Part shown: positions 42,448 through 52,230 of the stretch, piece after piece
How the letters are laid out: each line of letters begins with the position of its first letter
How positions within the stretch are numbered: the first letter of the stretch is position 1
Assembly: GCF_003334315.1 (NCBI RefSeq)
Contig: NZ_QOWR01000009.1
Direction: 5' to 3' (one strand)
From: Escherichia coli
Lineage (GTDB): Bacteria; Pseudomonadota; Gammaproteobacteria; Enterobacterales; Enterobacteriaceae
DNA: 64,000 nucleotides
Program-made: the position numbers and the translations under genes
Notes under the pieces: generated by a model
The model's database searches: none
What the model was told of the DNA's origin: nothing
What the model saw: the letters and a program-made list of their open reading frames with translations, nothing else

Positions 42448-43232
42448 GCCTGCACCTCCTGCGTCAATTGCCAGAGCGCATCAAGGAAATGTGGAACAAA
42501 ACTGCCTGGCCCCTCGCTTCTGGCGACTGCGCGTTCTCCGGCTTGTTTCATCCAGTGACAGGCAGATGCGACATTTTCCAGCATATCGCCTGGTAACGCA
42601 CAACAGGCAGCGACAACCGCCGATAATGCACAGCCAGTTCCTACCACTTTGGTCATTAACGGATCGCCACCGTGAATGCCAATGATACGATGTCCATCGG
42701 TAACATAATCCACCTCGCCAGTGACCACGACGATTGCGCCAGTTTCCCGTGCCAGTGTTTGTGCAGCGGGTATCGCGTTAGCTGCGGCGTCAGTGGTATC
42801 CACTCCCCGCCCACCATTAGCAATGCCAGCTAATGCCATGATTTCCGAAGCATTACCACGTATCGCTGCCGGTTTAAAAGATAAAAGTTCATGACAAAAA
42901 TGGCGGCGATAATCGAGCGCACCCACCGCTACTGGATCAAGCGTCCAGGGTGTTTGAGAGCTTTTTGCTTGCTCAACGGCAGCACGCATCGCCTGTGTGC
43001 GTGGCTGCGTCAGTGTGCCAACGTTAATCAACAAGGCACTGGCGATAGCCGCAAACTGACTGGCCTCTTCGGTTTCGATAACCATCGCTGGCGATGCACC
43101 GAGCGCCAGCAAGGTATTGGCAGTAAAGGTTTGCACCACATCGTTGGTCATGCAGTGCACAAGAGGGGAATGTTGGTGAAAAAGGTGTAACGTGTGCGCA
43201 GATTGCGCTGAACTCAGCAGGTCGACTTGCAT
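42444..43232 (-). CDS. thiM: Hydroxyethylthiazole kinase (262 aa)
   Basis: ThiM family; 4-nt overlap with thiD. Confidence 0.92.
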   Translation of the reverse strand: MQVDLLSSAQSAHTLHLFHQHSPLVHCMTNDVVQTFTANTLLALGASPAMVIETEEASQFAAIASALLINVGTLTQPRTQAMRAAVEQAKSSQTPWTLDPVAVGALDYRRHFCHELLSFKPAAIRGNASEIMALAGIANGGRGVDTTDAAANAIPAAQTLARETGAIVVVTGEVDYVTDGHRIIGIHGGDPLMTKVVGTGCALSAVVAACCALPGDMLENVASACHWMKQAGERAVARSEGPGSFVPHFLDALWQLTQEVQA

Positions 43233-43239
43233 AGTTTGC

Positions 43240-43365
43240 TCCTGCCATAACGTGAAGAAGCAATGACCTGGTGGTCCGTGACTTCCCTACGCTGGCATTA
43301 TCCAGATCAGGTGATACGGGTATTTCTCAGCCTTCACGCAGAAGGGCACCCCGAGTCGTTTGGTT
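43240..43365 (-). promoter_or_regulatory. TPP (thi-box) riboswitch in the thiM leader
   Basis: Minus-strand sequence GGGGTGCCCTTCTGCGTGAAGGCTGAGAAATACCCGTATCACCTGATCTGGATAATGCCAGCGTAGGGAAGTCACGG is the canonical thiM thi-box aptamer. Confidence 0.9.
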
Positions 43366-43454
43366 GCGATGATAAATCGCAGAGGAGGATGGTAATGTCC
43401 AGCGCACGCGTTGTAAACGAGGAAAAACGGCAGTTTTACAATCGCGTTAATAAA

Positions 43455-43727
43455 TTATTTGATATATGAATCCAGCACCTTCAGAACGACATCCAGATCT
43501 TCTTCACGTTTTAGCTCATCCCCCTGGTGAACGATATGTTCCGTTAGATGACCTTTAATCACTTCCCGCATCAGACCGTTTACCGCGCCACGGATAGCAG
43601 CAATCTGTTGTAAAACTGCAGCGCATTCGTGCGGCTCGTCGAGCATTTTCTTGAGCGCCACGACCTGGCCCTGAATCTTACTGGCACGCGCTTTCAGTTT
43701 CTGTTTATCACGGATTGTATGAGACAT
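43455..43727 (-). CDS. rcnR: Ni/Co-responsive repressor RcnR (90 aa), CsoR/RcnR family
   Basis: CsoR/RcnR helical bundle; divergent from rcnA. Confidence 0.9.
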
Positions 43728-43775
43728 GGCAACACCTGGTTAACAAGAACATGAAAAATCATAGCACTATTAATC

Positions 43776-43810
43776 TACTGGGGGGTAGTATCAGGTACTG
43801 GGGGGGAGTA
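43776..43810. promoter_or_regulatory. Two adjacent RcnR operator sites of TACT-G6/7-(N)-AGTA type
   Basis: TACTGGGGGGTAGTA (43776-43790) and TACTGGGGGGGAGTA (43796-43810) in the rcnR-rcnA intergenic region. Confidence 0.8.
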
Positions 43811-43847
43811 GAATCAGATTGCCGAATTAATACTAAGAATTATTATC

Positions 43848-44672
43848 ATGACCGAATTTACAACTCTTCTTCAGCAAGGAAACGCCTGGTTCTTCATCCC
43901 CAGCGCCATCTTACTTGGTGCGCTTCATGGCCTGGAACCAGGGCACTCAAAAACGATGATGGCGGCGTTTATCATCGCCATCAAAGGCACCATTAAACAG
44001 GCGGTGATGCTCGGACTGGCAGCAACCATTTCGCATACCGCGGTGGTCTGGTTGATTGCCTTTGGCGGGATGGTGATCAGTAAGCGCTTTACTGCTCAAT
44101 CAGCAGAACCGTGGCTCCAGCTGATTTCCGCAGTGATCATTATTGGCACCGCGTTCTGGATGTTCTGGCGTACCTGGCGCGGCGAACGCAACTGGCTGGA
44201 GAATATGCACGGGCATGATTATGAGCATCATCACCACGATCACGAAGATCACCACGACCATGGACATCATCACCATCACGAACATGGCGAGTATCAGGAT
44301 GCCCATGCACGAGCCCATGCCAATGACATTAAACGACGCTTTGATGGTAGAGAGGTCACCAACTGGCAAATTTTGCTATTTGGCTTAACCGGTGGCCTTA
44401 TCCCCTGCCCGGCAGCAATTACCGTGCTGTTGATATGCATTCAGTTGAAAGCCCTGACACTGGGCGCAACACTGGTCGTCAGTTTCAGCATTGGCCTGGC
44501 GTTAACGCTTGTCACCGTAGGCGTTGGCGCAGCAATCAGCGTTCAGCAGGTCGCAAAACGCTGGAGCGGATTTAACACTCTCGCTAAACGCGCCCCCTAT
44601 TTTTCCAGTCTGTTGATTGGCTTAGTTGGTGTGTATATGGGCGTACATGGCTTCATGGGCATAATGCGATAA
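43848..44672 (+). CDS. rcnA: Nickel/cobalt efflux protein RcnA (274 aa) with His-rich cytoplasmic loop
   Basis: TM segments flanking a His/Asp/Glu-rich loop (HGHDYEHHHHDHEDHHDHGHHHHHEHGEY). Confidence 0.92.
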   Translation: MTEFTTLLQQGNAWFFIPSAILLGALHGLEPGHSKTMMAAFIIAIKGTIKQAVMLGLAATISHTAVVWLIAFGGMVISKRFTAQSAEPWLQLISAVIIIGTAFWMFWRTWRGERNWLENMHGHDYEHHHHDHEDHHDHGHHHHHEHGEYQDAHARAHANDIKRRFDGREVTNWQILLFGLTGGLIPCPAAITVLLICIQLKALTLGATLVVSFSIGLALTLVTVGVGAAISVQQVAKRWSGFNTLAKRAPYFSSLLIGLVGVYMGVHGFMGIMR

Positions 44673-44890
44673 CTCAATCCTTTAGGCTTGCATGTTATCT
44701 TCAGCCCAGGATGATTCTTAAATCAGCTATTTCCGCTGACTCTCTGCTCGCTAAGGATGCTTTTAGGGCATCCTTTCATTTACACTTTTTACGAAATCAT
44801 GGGATCACTAACAAAATATCGCTTGTCAGTTATATTGTATGGCAGGAAAGATATGCGACTGATATTACAGATCCCCAAAGTGGAGAGTTT

Positions 44891-45229
44891 ATGACCATTA
44901 AAAATAAGATGTTGCTGGGTGCGCTTTTGCTGGTTACCAGTGCCGCCTGGGCCGCACCAGCCACCGCGGGTTCGACCAATACCTCGGGAATTTCTAAGTA
45001 TGAGTTAAGCAGTTTCATTGCTGACTTTAAGCATTTCAAACCAGGGGACACCGTACCAGAAATGTACCGTACCGATGAGTACAACATTAAGCAGTGGCAG
45101 TTGCGTAACCTGCCCGCACCTGACGCCGGAACCCACTGGACCTATATGGGTGGCGCGTACGTGTTGATCAGCGACACCGACGGAAAAATCATTAAAGCCT
45201 ACGACGGTGAGATTTTTTATCATCGCTAA
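44891..45229 (+). CDS. rcnB: Periplasmic Ni/Co homeostasis protein RcnB (112 aa; ORF-track start 44711 is an extension)
   Basis: Signal peptide MTIKNKMLLGALLLVTSAAWA. Confidence 0.85.
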   Translation: MTIKNKMLLGALLLVTSAAWAAPATAGSTNTSGISKYELSSFIADFKHFKPGDTVPEMYRTDEYNIKQWQLRNLPAPDAGTHWTYMGGAYVLISDTDGKIIKAYDGEIFYHR

Positions 45230-45254
45230 AAAAAGCCCCCTCGGAGAGAGGGGG
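45230..45254 (-). terminator. Rho-independent terminator after yehA (minus strand), possibly bidirectional
   Basis: CCCCCTC-ggaga-GAGGGGG with a T-run on the minus strand. Confidence 0.6.
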
Positions 45255-45310
45255 AAATGCAGACACCTTATTATTTCTTATTATTAGCCACTTGCTCGTC
45301 TTGCTTGTTA

Positions 45311-46345
45311 TTAGTCGTATTTCACGTTGATTAATGCGGTTGCTTCCAGTGCGCCAGATTTAACTTTGTTTGTATCGTAGACGTAGTAACTGGCTGTTAT
45401 CGGAATTGAAACCGTTGTATCTGTAAGTTTTGACTTTGCCGCAATTTCTTTTAAATTTGTGTATCCTTTACTGCTGTTAGTGATATTTAAAAGTGTGACT
45501 GGCGAACTATTACTTTCAAGAATAAATCCTACGCCATTATCTTCCGCACCTTTCAGTATTGTGTTGCTGTTGGTTAACAAGTCAGAACTTGATAAATACA
45601 CCTGCATTTTCCGTGATGTTTGATTTTGTTGACCTAATAAATTTTTACAACGCAGAATAATATCCCCTTGTTTACTATTTATTGTTGCTTTGTTACCTGT
45701 GGCTGGTAATTGTGAAACGGGAATACTGTCTAAAGTAATTAATAAATCGTCCGGTTTGCAGGTTGTGGTTATCGGGTTGTATGACAATGTCAGATTAAAG
45801 GAATAGACACCTGCATTTTGTGCCAATGCATTTCTGTAGCTATTTACACATGCATCCCATGACTTGCCACCTAATAAACACAGTAGAAATTGTACTGCGG
45901 CACTCCCGCGTGTCGATGATGAAGCACTGGATAATGTTGCAACACCATTAATCATCACTGAACCGCCGCCCCCCGCAGAAACATTCACTTTTGCATTACT
46001 GGCCGCAGGTGTCACCGTTACCGAATAACCATTGGTGAAACTGGTCTGATTATTTGACAACGTGATGTTATTTTTATTGGTCCATTCAAAATGTAAATTT
46101 AATTTAATGGTATCGTTATAAAGTCCAACAATAATATCCGACGGGCTCATAGGGGTGATAGTATTTGTACTTACGCATGACGAATCATTAAAATTATGCT
46201 CATATGTCGCCATTTGTGTTTGAGTAAGTGCAAAACCCCCCTGAACAACCAAGTTGTGCTGAACAGATAACTCACTATAACATGCCGCATAGCTCACAGG
46301 CATAACCATCATCATTAATATAAATAGCATTATGCGAATTTCCAT
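45311..46345 (-). CDS. yehA: Fimbrial adhesin/tip subunit-like protein (344 aa)
   Basis: Signal peptide, Ser/Thr/Asn-rich two-domain fimbrial protein at the distal end of a chaperone-usher operon. Confidence 0.85.
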   Translation of the reverse strand: MEIRIMLFILMMMVMPVSYAACYSELSVQHNLVVQGGFALTQTQMATYEHNFNDSSCVSTNTITPMSPSDIIVGLYNDTIKLNLHFEWTNKNNITLSNNQTSFTNGYSVTVTPAASNAKVNVSAGGGGSVMINGVATLSSASSSTRGSAAVQFLLCLLGGKSWDACVNSYRNALAQNAGVYSFNLTLSYNPITTTCKPDDLLITLDSIPVSQLPATGNKATINSKQGDIILRCKNLLGQQNQTSRKMQVYLSSSDLLTNSNTILKGAEDNGVGFILESNSSPVTLLNITNSSKGYTNLKEIAAKSKLTDTTVSIPITASYYVYDTNKVKSGALEATALINVKYD

Positions 46346-46360
46346 AGAACCACCTGACTA

Positions 46361-48841
46361 TTACTGGCAAATATAATTTCTACTTTCATCAATCTCTTTA
46401 CCGAAGGTGATTGTGCATGAAAGTCCTTGTTGCTTATCAATTGCCACATTAACCGATGGCGGTACTTCATTGGTGCGAATAAATAACTGACTTCCCTGGC
46501 CGACAACGCCAATATTATGACCATGGATATCATTGACTTCATAACCAAACGTTAATGATTGCCCATCTGCTCTTAACGCTTTTATAAACCATGGCTTGCG
46601 CTGATCGGTATCAAAATTAACAAGTACAACCGCGCCGCGATAAGGGGCGGCAATTTTCCGGTTGCCACGTAATTCTGCTTCGCTATCGCTTTGCGACACA
46701 TCCAGCATCAGGTGATTTTCCCGATAAGGTGTCATTCCGTCGTATATCACCACTCCATTACGGTTTGTTGTGCGATATTTTTGCCCATTGACATAAGCAT
46801 CTTTAATTCCTGGCGCATTCATCACAGCAAACGTTTCGGAAAGACGGTTCGCCAGATTAACGCCACCCGACCAGGCGACAATGCCCCCTAAAACACTGGC
46901 TCCAGCCTGTCGATAAGTACTCGACTGACTATAACTGCCATTCACTGTCGCAACCGGCGCGTTCCAGGTCAAATTCGCCCCAGCTGTCGTTTCATTTCCC
47001 TGATGTTGATGACTCAGGTTGACACCATAATTGAACTGATCCCGACTCCCTACTGTTCCTGATAATCCCGTATTATTTGAGGCAAACCCCTGATCATCAA
47101 ACGTCGTTGAGTTAGACATATATATTTGCCGACGAGGCGTCGAAACGTCATCACCCCAATCAAAGGGAATCGATATAAAAATATTAAAACGTTTCTCTTC
47201 ATGATGATTCTCGTCATAAGCCTGGCTTGCCGCGAGGGTATAGCTTATCCGTCGCAGGTTGTTGGAATAACTCAACTGATAATCCTTACTACTGCCGCTA
47301 CGCCCCCAGTAATCTCGCCATAACGTACTTAATGACACAGACCCCCAACCTTCTGGCAATGACTGGCTCATATTGGCGGAAAAGCTATTTTTGCGGCCAA
47401 AATCGTTCTGGTAATAATCGGCAATGTCATAGACATCGTTTTCATCACGGCGATAATTATCTTTATTGTTTGCCCAAACGTGATCGTTAAATGTCCGGTA
47501 ATCACGCGACGAATAACGCCAGGCCGCCAGACCAAAACGCGTCGACGTTTGGCTCACAAATTTGTTGTAGGCAATTTGATAACTTTGCCCGTCAAACACA
47601 TCGCCGTTGTCTTGTTTACTATGCGACTTAGTGGCATCGACGGAAATGGCACCAATGCGTGTATTCCAGCCAGCCCCCAAAGTAAACGCGTAATAATTAT
47701 TCGCGACCATCGAGCCACCATACAGCGTCAATAAATTATTAAAACCATACTGATAACCCGCCTGGACAAAATCACTTTGTTTGCTCGCCCCTTCAATATG
47801 GCTACGACCCGCCGCTAAATCATATTTCGACACGCCGGGTTGCAGCATATTTGGCACCGCTGCATAAGGCACCAGATAGGTGGTTACCGAGCCGTCCGCC
47901 TCTTTCACGCTGACATCAAGATCTGCTCCACCACCGGCCAACTGCAAATCTGTAATCGCGAACGGGCCAGGAGGAACCTCTTTCTGATAAACCACAAAAC
48001 CATTCTGTTCAATAGTTACCAGCGCGTTACTCTGAGCAATCCCCTGCACCCGTGGCGTAAAATTTTGTTTCGAGTTAGGCAACATCTGCATATCACGAAA
48101 CAACCGCACACCTCTGAAGCGAACAGAATCAAAAATATCGCTTGATGTGTACATATCACCCACGCGAAGCGTGCCGAGAAGTTGGGCAAATCCACGTTCC
48201 AGATACAGGGTATTGCTTTTCCACACCCCTGGATTGTTATTTGTTTTACTGAAACTGGCATCAGAATGCAGTTGCCACCCCAGTAAATTTAACCCGCTGT
48301 TAAAACGTACATATGTACTCTTGTTATTACCCGACGCTTTATAGTCGCTGTAATACTGACTCAGATAATAAGAGGTATAAAACGCATTAATACCCCGCTC
48401 CCAGTTTTCCGGTGGAACATAGCCACTTTCCAGTTCTTCCACCCAGGCCTGCGGGACACTGAAATCGAGACGAAAAACCCCGATATCCCAGGTATAGCTC
48501 CCACCCTGAACAAGTTGCTCAAATGTTAAACATTGCTTACCGCTGGCGAAGTTATCGCTATTAATGCCTAACCGCTTGATAACTTCTCTTGATAAACATG
48601 TTTCTTGCGGGTTGTCTTTAACAATAATCTCATATTTCCCGCGCCATTGCTTATTGACATAAATATCGATGTCATACTGCCCCGGTAAGGGTTGATTATC
48701 ATCAAGACGAATATTTGCAACCTGCTGGTCTTTCATTCCACCTATCATAAAATGGGTATCAAAGGTTTCTTCAGCTGCATAAGCTTCAATGCCGAGCAAT
48801 AACGCTACGATTGCTGATGCAAGTGGGGTCATTCTCAACAT
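46361..48841 (-). CDS. yehB: Fimbrial outer-membrane usher (826 aa)
   Basis: PapC/FimD-type usher. Confidence 0.9.
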   Translation of the reverse strand: MLRMTPLASAIVALLLGIEAYAAEETFDTHFMIGGMKDQQVANIRLDDNQPLPGQYDIDIYVNKQWRGKYEIIVKDNPQETCLSREVIKRLGINSDNFASGKQCLTFEQLVQGGSYTWDIGVFRLDFSVPQAWVEELESGYVPPENWERGINAFYTSYYLSQYYSDYKASGNNKSTYVRFNSGLNLLGWQLHSDASFSKTNNNPGVWKSNTLYLERGFAQLLGTLRVGDMYTSSDIFDSVRFRGVRLFRDMQMLPNSKQNFTPRVQGIAQSNALVTIEQNGFVVYQKEVPPGPFAITDLQLAGGGADLDVSVKEADGSVTTYLVPYAAVPNMLQPGVSKYDLAAGRSHIEGASKQSDFVQAGYQYGFNNLLTLYGGSMVANNYYAFTLGAGWNTRIGAISVDATKSHSKQDNGDVFDGQSYQIAYNKFVSQTSTRFGLAAWRYSSRDYRTFNDHVWANNKDNYRRDENDVYDIADYYQNDFGRKNSFSANMSQSLPEGWGSVSLSTLWRDYWGRSGSSKDYQLSYSNNLRRISYTLAASQAYDENHHEEKRFNIFISIPFDWGDDVSTPRRQIYMSNSTTFDDQGFASNNTGLSGTVGSRDQFNYGVNLSHQHQGNETTAGANLTWNAPVATVNGSYSQSSTYRQAGASVLGGIVAWSGGVNLANRLSETFAVMNAPGIKDAYVNGQKYRTTNRNGVVIYDGMTPYRENHLMLDVSQSDSEAELRGNRKIAAPYRGAVVLVNFDTDQRKPWFIKALRADGQSLTFGYEVNDIHGHNIGVVGQGSQLFIRTNEVPPSVNVAIDKQQGLSCTITFGKEIDESRNYICQ

Positions 48842-48856
48842 AGGCAGCTCCTGCAA

Positions 48857-49531
48857 TTAAATTTTGTCACTAATATAGTTGCCATGGTCATCGATAATGG
48901 TCAGATGCCAGTTATTTGCATTATTACTTTTGACATTAACACTCTGACTTTCTAAGGGGGCAATCATAATAGTTTCATAATTGACTTTGACATTATTAGC
49001 TTTGACATCCGAAATCGTCACCCAATTAGCTGAGTCATTTTTTATCACCAAACCATTGCCACTGCGATTTACCAGCAATTTTTTAAATGTCGCTTTATTT
49101 ACCGGAGCAATACCCGCTGGCCGGTAAAACAACTTAATTCTGTTTTGCATCGCAAACTTCAGTGCATTCTTACCTTCTTGCTCTGGACTATTTGGTGGAA
49201 TATCCAGAACATTCAGATAAAAAATGCTTTCTTTATTAGTGGGCAGTTTATTCGGCATAGTTTTGATTTTTACTTGCTGCCCGGAATTTGCCCCTATTTT
49301 TGCCACTGGTGGCGTTAACATGAAAGGAACCTGAATTTTTTCTGGTGGTAATGACGTATCGCCATCATCAATCCACGCCTGCAGCAGCGAAGAACGGTTT
49401 CCCTGGTTCATCAACTGCACCATCACTTCTTTATTTTCTGCCGGGTAAATAATGCGCGTCCCGTAGATAACAATTCCGGCATGTGCAGGAAGGACCATAG
49501 AAAAAATGAGTAAAGATAATAATCCTTTCAT
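48857..49531 (-). CDS. yehC: Periplasmic fimbrial chaperone (224 aa from MKGLLSL; ORF extension to 49576 possible)
   Basis: PapD-like chaperone; strong RBS AAGAGGA before the ATG at 49531. Confidence 0.85.
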   Translation of the reverse strand: MKGLLSLLIFSMVLPAHAGIVIYGTRIIYPAENKEVMVQLMNQGNRSSLLQAWIDDGDTSLPPEKIQVPFMLTPPVAKIGANSGQQVKIKTMPNKLPTNKESIFYLNVLDIPPNSPEQEGKNALKFAMQNRIKLFYRPAGIAPVNKATFKKLLVNRSGNGLVIKNDSANWVTISDVKANNVKVNYETIMIAPLESQSVNVKSNNANNWHLTIIDDHGNYISDKI

Positions 49532-49553
49532 TTTAATTCCTCTTAAATTAAAA

Positions 49554-49574
49554 GGCCGCCATGGGATAGCGGCC
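49554..49574 (-). terminator. Intra-operon hairpin between yehD and yehC (candidate partial terminator/attenuator)
   Basis: GGCCGCC-atgggatagc-GGCC type hairpin followed on the minus strand by T-rich sequence. Confidence 0.4.
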
Positions 49575-49610
49575 ATGTTTATTACCTGGAGAAACTTACA
49601 ATTTTATTTA

Positions 49611-50153
49611 TTAATCCTGCGCCACACGCATAACCAGAGAAGATAACACATCACCTGATTGCACTGAGTTATCTGTCAGTTTCAGGTATTTTGCTTTAAA
49701 CGGAATAGCATATTGACCTTCCGCTGTTTTATAACTCTCAATGTTAAAAGGTGCAGAAACATCCAGGACATCGCTGTTATCACCTAAATAGAGATAGTAA
49801 CCCACGGTATCGTTGCTACTGGCTATCGCCTTATCGTTACCGGTTATTTTATCGTTGGTAATCAACGAGAGTTTTACACCAGCAACTTCTTTCGGGCAGC
49901 TAATTTTTAACATGCTGCTGGTTACACCGACTGCATCATCATAGGTAGAATATTTAGCTTTACCTTCAAAGACACTGGTTGGTACAGTCGGCATATTAAT
50001 ACTTACTGAATCACCACCCGCTTCGAATTTACACGGAGATTCTGCAATATTCCCCTTAATAGTTAATGTTCCGGTATCAACGTCTGCAGCAAATACTCCA
50101 GCGCTCATAAAAAAAGAAGAAAAGACAGCGGCAGCAATAATTGAACGTTTCAT
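49611..50153 (-). CDS. yehD: Major fimbrial subunit (180 aa)
   Basis: Signal peptide plus fimbrillin fold, first gene of the yehDCBA operon. Confidence 0.88.
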   Translation of the reverse strand: MKRSIIAAAVFSSFFMSAGVFAADVDTGTLTIKGNIAESPCKFEAGGDSVSINMPTVPTSVFEGKAKYSTYDDAVGVTSSMLKISCPKEVAGVKLSLITNDKITGNDKAIASSNDTVGYYLYLGDNSDVLDVSAPFNIESYKTAEGQYAIPFKAKYLKLTDNSVQSGDVLSSLVMRVAQD

Positions 50154-50380
50154 AATATGTTCCTTAATAAAATTTATTTTTGGTTGTTAAGAGTCTGTAT
50201 CTCTTGGAAACAAATTTCTCACATCAAAAAAGTTGCCGCAATGTAAACACATTGTTTTATTGATTTAAAAAAAATTAACAATTGCAATATAAATACAACA
50301 AATATTTAAGAGTATTAACTATTTATCGCATCTATCAATTAATGTAGATTTATGTAAATGGTATTGTTGATATCAATAAA

Positions 50381-50416
50381 AAAGCCGAAATCATTTATAT
50401 AAATGATTTCGGCTTT
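50381..50416 (-). terminator. Rho-independent terminator after yehE (perfect 18-bp inverted repeat)
   Basis: AAAGCCGAAATCATTTAT / ATAAATGATTTCGGCTTT, with a T-run on the minus strand. Confidence 0.7.
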
Positions 50417-50445
50417 CTAAATGCAATTAAAATCAGGTTGCCAAA

Positions 50446-50727
50446 TTAATCGTAGCGATTTAACACGATTCGACGTTTGCTATCGCTACCTGCAACAACC
50501 ACTTCTGTCGTTACACCTTTGACGGGCGAAGAAAACAGATGACGGGTGTCAACATTATACGTTAACTGACCACAATGCTGTTGAGGTTGACCATTAACCA
50601 TAGCCATACTGCATGTTGGGGGACTGATCCTGCCATTAATCGCTAATGTGGCAGTCTCTGAAGAGAATGCGGGAGAAGCCAATCCATAGGCAAGAAAAAT
50701 AATTCCTGACAGCCAATACTTATTCAT
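50446..50727 (-). CDS. yehE: Small secreted protein YehE (93 aa)
   Basis: Signal peptide MNKYWLSGIIFLAYGLASPAFS. Confidence 0.8.
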   Translation of the reverse strand: MNKYWLSGIIFLAYGLASPAFSSETATLAINGRISPPTCSMAMVNGQPQQHCGQLTYNVDTRHLFSSPVKGVTTEVVVAGSDSKRRIVLNRYD

Positions 50728-50989
50728 TGAACGTTATCCCTGTAGTAAAGGTTATGCCTGGATAGAATGAGTGCATAACAAACTATAGCTGTACATCCAC
50801 TACACAGCCACGAAGGATGATAATGAAGCATTGCCTGTATGATCAATCGACTTTGTAGAGTTTCGGACGAAGGTCCGCAGAATATTCGCAGTATTAAATA
50901 AGTGTTCATTAATGCGGCAAAAACTAATACACCGCATCAATGTAACATCTCTGCGGTGTATGAAGAATAACCAGAATGGTTAATAGGCG

Positions 50990-52099
50990 TTAGACCGCGC
51001 GGAAGGAAATCTCGCCTGGAATGACTTCACCCTGCCAGTAGAGCTGAGCTGCAACGCGGTCAGCCAGCTGGCGGTAGATAGCGGTAAATTCGCTCTCCGG
51101 ACGGCTGATAACCGTTGGCGTACCTTTATCGAGATCCTCACGTAAGGAGATGTGTAACGGCATCTGCCCCAGCAGCTGTGTATGGTATTTTTCAGCCAGT
51201 TTCTCTGCACCACCGGTACCGAAAATCGGTTCATGGTGACCACAGTTACTGCAAATATGCACACTCATGTTCTCGACAATACCGAGCACCGGAACCTCGA
51301 CTTTCTCGAACATCACAATGCCTTTTTTCGCATCGATCAGCGCGATGTCCTGCGGGGTGGTGACCACGACTGCACCGGTTACTGGAATGTTTTGCGCCAG
51401 CGTCAATTGAATGTCACCGGTGCCTGGCGGCATATCAAGCACCAGATAGTCGAGATCCGGCCACAAGGTTTCCTGCAACATCTGCATTAACGCCTTGCTC
51501 GCCATCGGTCCACGCCACACCATCGCATTGTCGTCAGTGACCAGATAACCAATTGAATTGGTTGCCAGGCCATGAGACATAATCGGTGCCATATGGGTAC
51601 CGTCCGGCGAAGTTGGACGCTGATTTTCTGCGCCCAACATTGTTGGGATTGATGGGCCGTAGATATCGGCGTCCAGAATGCCGACTTTCGCCCCTTCTGC
51701 CGCCAGCGCCAGTGCCAGGTTTACCGCCGTGGACGATTTACCCACGCCGCCTTTACCGGAACTCACCGCGATAATGTTCTTCACACCGTTAATTCCCGGC
51801 TGATTCTTCACGCGTTTCAGAGTGGCTATGTTATACGACAGTTTCCAGTCGATAGCTTTCGCCCCGGTGATGCGCAGCAGTTCGGCGCTACATTGCTCTT
51901 TTAACTCTTCGAACGCGCTATGCCAGACAAACGGCATAACCAGTTCCACATGCAACGTGTCGTCCATCCAGGCGACATGGTGCAACGCTTTCAGCGTGGT
52001 GAGGTTATGCTTCAGGGTTGGGTGCTGAAAATTGGCCAGTGTCCCGGCGACCATTGCGCGCAAGGCTTCTGGTGATTTGGCCTGGGATTGTTCGTTCAT
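50990..52099 (-). CDS. mrp: Fe-S cluster carrier ATPase Mrp/ApbC (369 aa; ORF-track start 52129 is an extension)
   Basis: P-loop GKGGVGKSS and CxxC (CSNCGHHE) of the Mrp/NBP35 family. Confidence 0.92.
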   Translation of the reverse strand: MNEQSQAKSPEALRAMVAGTLANFQHPTLKHNLTTLKALHHVAWMDDTLHVELVMPFVWHSAFEELKEQCSAELLRITGAKAIDWKLSYNIATLKRVKNQPGINGVKNIIAVSSGKGGVGKSSTAVNLALALAAEGAKVGILDADIYGPSIPTMLGAENQRPTSPDGTHMAPIMSHGLATNSIGYLVTDDNAMVWRGPMASKALMQMLQETLWPDLDYLVLDMPPGTGDIQLTLAQNIPVTGAVVVTTPQDIALIDAKKGIVMFEKVEVPVLGIVENMSVHICSNCGHHEPIFGTGGAEKLAEKYHTQLLGQMPLHISLREDLDKGTPTVISRPESEFTAIYRQLADRVAAQLYWQGEVIPGEISFRAV

Positions 52100-52230
52100 C
52101 CCGACTCCTTTTTTGTATAGATAAACCATCAGCTGATAGTTTACCTGAAGAATATAGAGAAGTACTTACTTAACATTTTCCCATTTGGTACTATCTAACC
52201 CCTTTTCACTATTAAGAAGTAATGCCTACT

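Noticed and set aside
44215-44300. Low-complexity CAT/CAC-rich repeat in rcnA as a possible microsatellite or contingency locus
   Set aside because: It encodes the functional His-rich metal-binding loop of RcnA and is an irregular codon mixture rather than a perfect tandem repeat.
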